From: Candidatus Omnitrophota bacterium
GTDB taxonomy: Bacteria; Omnitrophota; Gorgyraeia; JABMRG01
Assembly (NCBI GenBank): GCA_043823785.1
Contig: JBDRAM010000042.1
Location: 1,563 to 65,562 of the forward strand
DNA: 64,000 bases
Reading direction: 5' to 3'
Under the pieces are notes generated by a model that saw only the letters and a program-made list of their open reading frames with translations, had not been told where the DNA came from and searched no databases. This document shows, piece after piece, positions 57,468 to 64,000 of this stretch (positions are counted from its first letter, which is position 1; every line of letters begins with the position of its first letter). A program made the position numbers and the translations under genes.

Positions 57468-59284
57468 GAAATAGCCACATCTGTATATCAAGGGTTTTTA
57501 AATTAATAGTTTCAGTAGTTTTTTTACTGGATTTTTCATGCATAGAGCATACGATAGCTGCTGAATCAGAGCTTACGCAATTGGCCCAGGCAGCTGTAAA
57601 CGCGCCCATGGAACAGACAGATATAGCGCCTATCATAAGCGGCATGGGGGGAAAGATCTCACTGGACCTTCGCAATATAGATGTAATGGACGCGCTTAAA
57701 TTCCTGGCTATGAAGACAAGGATGAATATCGTTGCTACAAAGAATGTTACAGGAAGGGTCACGCTTTCGGTAGACAATGTAATGGTAAGAGATATATTCG
57801 ATATAATGCTTCGATCAAACGAGCTGGCCTACGTGGAGCAGGGAAACATCTATAATGTTATGACAGAGGATGAATACAGGACACTTTTTGGCAGGAGTTT
57901 TTCGGATATGCGCAAGGTAAGGACATTCAAGCTTCAATACGTTATACCTGAACAGGGGTTTAGCCTTTTAGATACCTTAAAAAGCACCATAGGCAGAGTG
58001 CTTGTTGAGCCGGATTCGGGCACTGTATTGATCATGGATACGCCTGAGAAGATAGAGGAGATCGAAAAGGCCTTAGAAGAGTTCGAAACGAGAAATGAGG
58101 TAAAGGTCTTTGACTTACAATACGCGTTAGCAAAAGACGTGGAAGAACAGCTTAAGCCGCAGCTAAACGCGAAAAAGGTAGGTACCATAAAAGCGGATGA
58201 ACGTACAAATCAGATTATTGTACAGGCGCTGCCAGGCAGAATGAAGGAGATAGAGGAGTTGGTAATAGCCCTGGATCAGAAGACGCAGCAGGTCATAATA
58301 GATGCTAAGATAATAAAGATAAAGTTTACCGATGCAACAAAAAAAGGGCTTGAGTGGGAAGGTATTTTAAAAAGAGGCGAGCGCATAGGTTCAGCATATT
58401 TGGGCTCTTATCCATTCAGCGCTATCCAGGCAGCTACAGATGTATTCAGGACCAGAAGCCAGGTTTTAGATGATCTGGGTGGTGAGATAGGCTCTATTCC
58501 TTTTAGCGGCTACAGTACTAATTATGGAGGCACAACAAAGACTACTTTTGGTGAGGATATGCACCTGGGCCTCATACATCCTGAGGCAGATGTCGACCTT
58601 CTCATAAATTATCTTAATACAATAGGCAAGACGCAGATCCTTTCAAGCCCAAGGATATCCGCTATTAATAATCAGGAGGCAAAGATACATGTGGGTGAGC
58701 GCCAGGCTTATGTTACTACAACTACTACCAGCGGCCAGACGACGACAACCGTTTCAGAAGAGGTGACATTTATAGATGTGGGTATTCAGTTATCCGTTAC
58801 GCCGGTTATAAATGAAGAAGGCTATGTAAGGATGAAGATAAAGCCTGAGATATCAGCTGTGGTAGATACCTTGGTTACGCCATCGGGTAATAGAATTCCT
58901 ATAATAGATACTTCTACGGCGGAAACGACTGTTTTAGTAAAAGATGGAACCACTATCATAATAGGAGGATTGCAGAAGGAAGAGTCGACAGACAATAAGA
59001 AACAATTCCCTATTTTAGGCAATATACCGATATTAGGTTTTTTCTTCGGTACTGATACCAAGACAACGATAAGGACAGAGCTTATGATAATGCTCACCCC
59101 TACAATAGTAATCGGCGATAAGCTGACAACCGGAGATGAGAGAGACTTCAAGTATGAGCCCGCGAGAGGCTACGATGAGTATGAGAATTTCAGCGAGGAC
59201 AAAGATATGATAAAGCCCACGCAGGAGCCCGAGGAGAGGATAAAGCCTTATATGCCGTATGAGATGGAAAAGGGCGCGTCTTGA
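57464..59284 (+). CDS. Secretin (GspD/MshL-like), second secretin in the window
   Basis: Signal peptide, two secretin-N repeats, and secretin core TTIIIGGLQKEE...FPILGNIPILGFFFG...ELMIMLTPTIV. Confidence 0.8.
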   Translation: MRNSHICISRVFKLIVSVVFLLDFSCIEHTIAAESELTQLAQAAVNAPMEQTDIAPIISGMGGKISLDLRNIDVMDALKFLAMKTRMNIVATKNVTGRVTLSVDNVMVRDIFDIMLRSNELAYVEQGNIYNVMTEDEYRTLFGRSFSDMRKVRTFKLQYVIPEQGFSLLDTLKSTIGRVLVEPDSGTVLIMDTPEKIEEIEKALEEFETRNEVKVFDLQYALAKDVEEQLKPQLNAKKVGTIKADERTNQIIVQALPGRMKEIEELVIALDQKTQQVIIDAKIIKIKFTDATKKGLEWEGILKRGERIGSAYLGSYPFSAIQAATDVFRTRSQVLDDLGGEIGSIPFSGYSTNYGGTTKTTFGEDMHLGLIHPEADVDLLINYLNTIGKTQILSSPRISAINNQEAKIHVGERQAYVTTTTTSGQTTTTVSEEVTFIDVGIQLSVTPVINEEGYVRMKIKPEISAVVDTLVTPSGNRIPIIDTSTAETTVLVKDGTTIIIGGLQKEESTDNKKQFPILGNIPILGFFFGTDTKTTIRTELMIMLTPTIVIGDKLTTGDERDFKYEPARGYDEYENFSEDKDMIKPTQEPEERIKPYMPYEMEKGAS

Positions 59285-59414
59285 TTTTTGAAAGGATTTA
59301 AGATCCTTCGGTCCCCTGCGGGGACCTCAGGATAAATTCGCACTTATAAGTTATGTCGTTCTTCGACAAGCTTAGGACTCCATAACTTATGTGCTCATTT
59401 AGAAAGGGAAAAAA

Positions 59415-60506
59415 ATGAATAAATTTAAGATGATGGCGATATGTGTAGGTATTCTAGTTTTTGTAGAAGGCGCGGGGGTCCTCTATTTTGCTCACAGGGC
59501 TCAGGCGCTTTCCGAGGAGCTGGAGAATGTCGCTCCTGGATTGAAAGAGGAGTTAAACATTCTCAAAAAAGAGAAACAAAAGCTGGAAGAAGAGCGCAGC
59601 AGCCTCGCGGATGAGAACGAAAGAATAAAGAAGGATAGAGAGAATCTACTGGCGCAGACGAAGTTTCTCTTAAATCATAAAGCAAAGGCTGAGGAGCTTG
59701 ATAATGCCATGAAGGCCCTTGAGGCTAAGAAGCAGGAGATAGAGACGGGATTGACATCAAGGAATAAGGAGCTCGAGGATACCTTAAGAAGCGAAAGAGA
59801 GAAATTTGGCACAGAACACAGCGCGTTAAAACAGCAGAACAGCAAGCTGCAGGGTGTTGTAAAACAGCTTATGTATATACAGAAAGAGGTTGAAAGCGAA
59901 AGGGACTATCTTCAGGAAGCCTATGATAAGCTGAAAGATAAATCTACCATAACGGAATTTAAGAAAACAATATCCAATATTACCAAGGATAACAAGGACC
60001 TGGATAATAAGTTTAAGCTCGCGGAAAGAGACACTGAGAAACTAAAAGATCTAAAGAATAAAGCTGACGCGAGGATAGAAAGCTTAGAAACAAGCCTAGA
60101 TGAATATAAGAAGAATTATGATGATGCTAAGAAGAAAAACAATGCTCTTGAGAAAGAGGTAAAGAATATGCCTAAGAAGTTTCAAGAGCTATCCAGGCAG
60201 AACAGAACCCTTATAAAAGAGACAGCCAAGACACATTATAATCTTGGCGTTTTTTACACAAAAGAGAAAGAATATGATAGGGGCGCTTCTGAGTTCGCGA
60301 AGGCTGTTGAGATAAATCCGGATGACGCGTATTCTCACTTCAACCTGGGTTATTTATATGCTGAGCATATGGTAAACCGCAAAAAGGCGCTAGAGCATTT
60401 CAGGCATTTTTTAAGGCTTGCTAAGGGCAATGATAAGGATATAGACTGGGTAAGAAAATATGTACTTACCTGGGATACATACGAAGGCCATAGCGCGTTT
60501 AAGTAA
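59415..60506 (+). CDS. Membrane-anchored coiled-coil protein with C-terminal TPR repeats (MshN/PilF-like candidate)
   Basis: N-terminal TM, about 230 aa of coiled coil, then TPR (YNLGVFYTKEKEYDRGASEFAKAVEINPDDAYSHFNLGYLY). Confidence 0.5.
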   Translation: MNKFKMMAICVGILVFVEGAGVLYFAHRAQALSEELENVAPGLKEELNILKKEKQKLEEERSSLADENERIKKDRENLLAQTKFLLNHKAKAEELDNAMKALEAKKQEIETGLTSRNKELEDTLRSEREKFGTEHSALKQQNSKLQGVVKQLMYIQKEVESERDYLQEAYDKLKDKSTITEFKKTISNITKDNKDLDNKFKLAERDTEKLKDLKNKADARIESLETSLDEYKKNYDDAKKKNNALEKEVKNMPKKFQELSRQNRTLIKETAKTHYNLGVFYTKEKEYDRGASEFAKAVEINPDDAYSHFNLGYLYAEHMVNRKKALEHFRHFLRLAKGNDKDIDWVRKYVLTWDTYEGHSAFK

Positions 60507-60540
60507 GGTCTAGGCTGTAGGTTCTAGGTTGTAGGGTATA
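60507..60540. repeat. Family B half-copy
   Basis: ggtctaggctgtaggttctaggttgtagggtat resembles one arm of family B. Confidence 0.45.
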
Positions 60541-61055
60541 TGGCAAAAATTCTTCATATTATACTAATTCCAATCACAATATTATTTTTAACCATATCAT
60601 GCGGTGTTGCGCATGCCAAAGGCGTAGATTTTGTTATATCATCCGATAAGGCGGAATATAGCAAGGCAGATGCTATAAATATAACATTCAAAATAGTAAA
60701 CAAAAGCAAAGAAGAGATATATATCAATCAGCGCTTCTATATAAATTCTGCGGATACAGAAGAAGGAGAAAGGGAGGTCTACTTTAGGGTTACTTCTCCT
60801 TCAGGTGAAGAATTATCCTGTAAACATAAGAGTGACACAGGTTTTCCAAGGACAGATGATTTTGTATTATTAAAAACAGGTAATGAAATACAAGGGGACA
60901 GGCCTAAAAATATAAAAGGCCTTTTTGATTTTGATAGTACCGGAACTTATGAGATACAAGCAACGTACAAAAATATATATGGTAAAGAAATAGGGCTTGA
61001 TGTTTTTAAAGAAAAGATCGATTCTAAACCAATAAAAATAAAGATAGCGGAATGA
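60540..61055 (+). CDS. Secreted protein, unknown
   Basis: Signal peptide ILFLTISCGVAHA/KG. 171 aa. Confidence 0.45.
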   Translation: MAKILHIILIPITILFLTISCGVAHAKGVDFVISSDKAEYSKADAINITFKIVNKSKEEIYINQRFYINSADTEEGEREVYFRVTSPSGEELSCKHKSDTGFPRTDDFVLLKTGNEIQGDRPKNIKGLFDFDSTGTYEIQATYKNIYGKEIGLDVFKEKIDSKPIKIKIAE

Positions 61056-61077
61056 GTTATATGATATACATATACTA

Positions 61078-61173
61078 TCATTGCGAGGAGATTCGTAGTT
61101 CTGTCATTGCGAGCCGCCGAAGGCGGCGCGGCAATCTCTCTTTTTGGGATTGCTTCGCTTCGCTCGCAATGAC
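61078..61173. repeat. Family D element: direct TCATTGCGAG copies plus inverted copy and nested palindrome
   Basis: tcattgcgag at 61078-61087 and 61104-61113. Nested palindrome ccgccgaaggcgg. Inverted arm gctcgcaatgac at 61162-61173, which contains the PPIase start ATG. Confidence 0.7.
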
Positions 61174-62617
61174 GGTAGCGTTAATGTGCCTCTTAATTTT
61201 TTCGGGCCATGGCTTTTGCGAAGAGCAACCCTCGCAAAATGTAATAATGGGTGAGGCATTCGGTAAACCTGTTACTGTTGAGAATTTCAATTATTATTAT
61301 AAGACAGCCGCTGTTTTTACGCGCAGCGGTAAGGAGTCAAGAGACGAGGAAGATGTAAGGCAGGAGGCGTGGCAGAATCTGGTATTCAGGCATGAGGCCA
61401 GGGAACTGGATATTACCATAGAGCCCGAGAAACTAAAAGAGGACATAAAGCGCCTTATGGATGAGAAGGGTGTAGCGCATGGCAGCCAGGAGTACCGCGA
61501 TTGGGTTGAAAATGAGTTTGGCGAGGATGTTAAAACTTTCGAAAGACGCATCGAAGATCTATTGATAATAAACAAGTTTATTGATATAAAATTTAACCCT
61601 GAGATAATAATTTCAGAGGAAGAGGTAAAGCAGAAGTTCCTGAACCAGTACAACTCCTTTGAAAGTGAATATATAGGTTTTGAGAGCGAAGAAGATGCCA
61701 AGGAGTTCCATAAAAAGCTAAAGACTAACCCTAAGCTATGGAAAGATACATATGATGAGAAAAGAAAGCTGGGCCAAAAAGGGGCCGCATGGATAAACAT
61801 AATGACATTAGAGGCATTAATAGATCTCTGGAAGATACCTAAAGATGACGCTTACCGCATATTAAGCCGCAAGGAAGGGGATTTCATTGCGGCAAAGTAT
61901 TATTATGGCGACGCGGTATTTCGCCTCTTGCGCAGAAGAGAAGCGGATATGAGTATGTATACAGATAATAAAAAGGAATATCTAAGGAGCATGATATTAA
62001 GGCAAAGAAAGCAAAAGGCTGTAAGAGATTATTTCGAAGGCCTGCTTAAGAGGGCAAACCATAGGGATTATATACATGAACAGAAACTTGCTATTAAAGT
62101 AGAAGAGCTAAAACTTAAATCTTTACTTGCATTAGAGACAAATAGAGGTATAATAGTACTAAGGCTTTTTCCTGATATAGCGCCTAAGGCCTGTGAGAAC
62201 TTTATCGGCCTGGCGGAAAAAGGCTACTATGACGGTATAATATTTCACCGCGTGGTAAAAGATTTTGTTATACAGACAGGAGACCCCACAGGAACAGGCA
62301 CAGGCGGTGAATCGATCTGGGGTGAGCCTTTCAAGAATGAGATAAGTGAGGATGTTTCTTTTGACAAGCCAGGCATTCTAGGCATGGCAAATTCAGGCCC
62401 GGATACCAATAGCAGTCAGTTCTTTATAACTACCAAAGAAGCCCCGAGCCTGAATAAAAAATATACCATATTCGGCGAAGTAATAGAGGGCCTTGATGTT
62501 GTTAAGAAAATAGAAAGTACGCCTGTTGATGAGAAAGATAATCCTAGAAAAGAGCAGAAAATAGTAAAAGCATATATAAAAGGTATGCCCCATAAAGAGA
62601 AAGAAAAGGGCATCTGA
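61169..62617 (+). CDS. Peptidyl-prolyl cis-trans isomerase: SurA-like N-terminal chaperone region plus cyclophilin-type C-terminal domain
   Basis: Cyclophilin motifs FHRVVKDFVIQTGDPTGTGTGGESIWG and MANSGPDTNSSQFFITT. Start set at ATG 61169 (MTVALMCLLIFSGHGFC signal peptide); the track ORF begins inside a repeat element. Confidence 0.75.
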   Translation: MTVALMCLLIFSGHGFCEEQPSQNVIMGEAFGKPVTVENFNYYYKTAAVFTRSGKESRDEEDVRQEAWQNLVFRHEARELDITIEPEKLKEDIKRLMDEKGVAHGSQEYRDWVENEFGEDVKTFERRIEDLLIINKFIDIKFNPEIIISEEEVKQKFLNQYNSFESEYIGFESEEDAKEFHKKLKTNPKLWKDTYDEKRKLGQKGAAWINIMTLEALIDLWKIPKDDAYRILSRKEGDFIAAKYYYGDAVFRLLRRREADMSMYTDNKKEYLRSMILRQRKQKAVRDYFEGLLKRANHRDYIHEQKLAIKVEELKLKSLLALETNRGIIVLRLFPDIAPKACENFIGLAEKGYYDGIIFHRVVKDFVIQTGDPTGTGTGGESIWGEPFKNEISEDVSFDKPGILGMANSGPDTNSSQFFITTKEAPSLNKKYTIFGEVIEGLDVVKKIESTPVDEKDNPRKEQKIVKAYIKGMPHKEKEKGI

Positions 62618-62736
62618 TTACAAAGATTAAAAAATGAGATTATGACAGTTAAAACATTAATCTCTGTAATCTAAATCAATCACAGTAATCAGGTATAATC
62701 TTTGCTTATACCTGATAATTATACCAGGAGGAGTAG
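62584..62736. repeat. Family C copy 3; overlaps the last 11 codons of the PPIase CDS
   Basis: atgccccataaagagaaagaaaagggcatctgattacaaagattaaaaaatgagattatgacag...ttaatctctgtaatctaaatcaatcac...caggtataatctttgcttatacctg...attataccaggagg immediately before the ATG. Confidence 0.8.
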
Positions 62737-63579
62737 ATGGATAAAGGCGCATTTTATAAGATCTCAAGGTTGAGCATATTTTTGATAATGGTATCTTTAA
62801 TATTATCTTATCCTGTTCCAAGCCAAACGGCATGGGGCAAGGGTGAGGCAGAGGCAAAGGCCGCGAAAGAAGCCAAAGAGGCCGAAGAAGCGAAAAAAGC
62901 CAAGATGGCAGCCATTGAAAAAAAGAGGCAGATGATAAAGGTTGTAAAAGAGAAGCTAAACAATACTGCCTGGAATATAGAGATCAAAAAACTGGGCAGC
63001 GCTGGTAAAGACAAGAAGCCAGAGATCATTAATGATAGATTGAATTTTGTAAACAACCAGGTAGGGTCTGCTATGCTGGGGCGTGATGGTTTTTCCAATA
63101 CAAACTTCTCCGTAAGAATAAATGAGAGCAGAGGCCCTACAGGTAAAGATCTTATTATCTGGGAGACTATGCAGACAAGTGAAGAGAAGGGGCTTTCATT
63201 TTGGAGAGGTGAGTTTGAAGAAGGTGATACCACAATGCGCGGCGCGTTAAGCCGGCACTATGATAAAGAAAATATTGAGAATTATACGTTTTCCGGCGTA
63301 AAAGGAGATATTGCAGAAGCCCCTGCTCCTGAAGCAGAAGAAGCGGTTGTGGTTGAACCAGCTAAAGAGGATGTAGGAGCCCGCCTGCCCCTAGAAGCTA
63401 GTGGCGGACAGGCTGCCTCCGGCGGCGAATTAGAAGAGAAAGTAGTTGAGAAGGCCGAAGAAATAATAAAGAAAACCGAAGAAAAGGCGGAAGAAAAGAT
63501 TAAAAAAGCAGAGCCTGAAGAAAAGAAAGAATCCGCAGCCCCAGCCAAGAAAGAGAAGAAAAAAAGAGGGCTTTGGTAA
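62737..63579 (+). CDS. Secreted lysine/glutamate-rich low-complexity protein
   Basis: Signal peptide, KEAKEAEEAKKAK repeats, C-terminal EEKAEEKIKKAEPEEKKE. Confidence 0.5.
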   Translation: MDKGAFYKISRLSIFLIMVSLILSYPVPSQTAWGKGEAEAKAAKEAKEAEEAKKAKMAAIEKKRQMIKVVKEKLNNTAWNIEIKKLGSAGKDKKPEIINDRLNFVNNQVGSAMLGRDGFSNTNFSVRINESRGPTGKDLIIWETMQTSEEKGLSFWRGEFEEGDTTMRGALSRHYDKENIENYTFSGVKGDIAEAPAPEAEEAVVVEPAKEDVGARLPLEASGGQAASGGELEEKVVEKAEEIIKKTEEKAEEKIKKAEPEEKKESAAPAKKEKKKRGLW

Positions 63580-63592
63580 ATAATATATATAT

Positions 63593-63607
63593 TTCGTCAT
63601 TGCGAAA
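63593..63607. repeat. Family D partial copy, 140 bp upstream of the RAYT/IS200-like gene
   Basis: tcgtcattgcgaaac. Confidence 0.5.
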
Positions 63608-63643
63608 CAATCTCAATCCACGTGTTTCTTTAATCTTAAAAAA

Positions 63644-63667
63644 CCAGGCAACTCGCCTGGTTTTTTT
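63644..63667 (+). terminator. Rho-independent terminator
   Basis: ccaggc-aact-cgcctgg stem followed by a T7 run. Confidence 0.6.
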
Positions 63668-63748
63668 GGAGTCTTTTAACCACAGATGTTCACAGATATC
63701 TGTGCCAATCTGTGCAATGAACAAAAATATTTAAATAAAAGGAATAAC

Positions 63749-64000
63749 ATGGCACGGTTACCAAGGGTTTATGTCGAGGGTATTCTTTATTATGTTACTT
63801 CAAAAAGCGGACACAACGAAGACCTATTTTTAGACTCCGCTGATTACAAAGAATACATCTCTCTTATAGACAGATATAAGAGGCAGTATGGATTTAAACT
63901 TTACGCGTATACGCTCCTGCCAAAACACCTACACATGCTTATTGAATTAAAAAATAATATAGGCATCTCAAATATAATGCATGATATAAATTCACTGTAC
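63749..64000 (+). CDS. IS200/IS605-family Y1 HUH transposase or RAYT-like, 3'-truncated by the window end
   Basis: MARLPRVYVEGILYYVTSKSGHNEDLF...YAYTLLPKHLHMLIE. This is the HuH motif (HLHML) of Y1 transposases/RAYTs. There is no stop before nt 64000, so it is absent from the ORF track. Confidence 0.65.
   Translation, partial: MARLPRVYVEGILYYVTSKSGHNEDLFLDSADYKEYISLIDRYKRQYGFKLYAYTLLPKHLHMLIELKNNIGISNIMHDINSLY

Noticed and set aside
61052-61168. N-terminal 39 aa of the track ORF for the PPIase
   Set aside because: This is a translation of the family D repeat element. A signal-peptide-bearing start at ATG 61169 is far more plausible.

Overview
AT-rich bacterial chromosomal segment, with no phylum assignable from sequence alone. 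Almost all genes are on the + strand and tightly packed. The window contains the following blocks.

1. A housekeeping block at 1-9.3 kb, in the widely conserved order cysE(partial)-cysS-tmk-holB-ricT/yaaT-metG-tatD, followed by a CPBP protease and mtnA.
2. A cell-envelope cluster at 9.3-17.6 kb: a SAM-methyltransferase::GT2 fusion, thiL, a B12-binding radical-SAM enzyme, and five uncharacterised polytopic membrane proteins including a pair of tandem paralogues.
3. tsaE-tsaB-alr and a GT-C/TMTC-like membrane TPR protein.
4. A complete type IVa pilus locus at 21.9-30.1 kb: small MerR-like HTH, PilM::PilN fusion, PilO, PilP-like, PilQ secretin, PilB, PilC and PilA with its own sigma70 promoter and terminator. 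Two large membrane/TPR proteins flank it.
5. An IS66-family insertion sequence at about 33966-36450 with 20-bp terminal inverted repeats and an unusual 293-aa extra ORF, then a RelE/ParE-type TA pair and a GC-rich repeat-bearing non-coding region.
6. pckG, def (with an atypical QExxH motif), a PAS histidine kinase plus receiver-only regulator, tRNA-Leu(CAG) followed by a GC-rich remnant and a truncated IS1634/IS4-like transposase.
7. A second pilus/secretion-like locus at 43.6-60.5 kb: three minor (pseudo)pilins including a 440-aa PilX-like protein, another histidine kinase/receiver pair, a 2245-aa secreted giant coiled-coil protein with homologous N- and C-terminal beta-modules, a second small MerR-like HTH, an ExeA/MshM-like AAA ATPase, a bitopic GspB-like protein, a second secretin and a TPR coiled-coil protein. 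This locus has no ATPase or platform gene of its own.
8. A SurA-like/cyclophilin PPIase, a K/E-rich secreted protein and a 3'-truncated IS200/RAYT-like HUH transposase at the window end.

Four families of short intergenic repeats (REP- or MITE-like) recur through the window. One roughly 150-bp element supplies both the C-terminus and stop codon of one gene and the promoter/RBS of the next. No CRISPR arrays or rRNA genes were seen.
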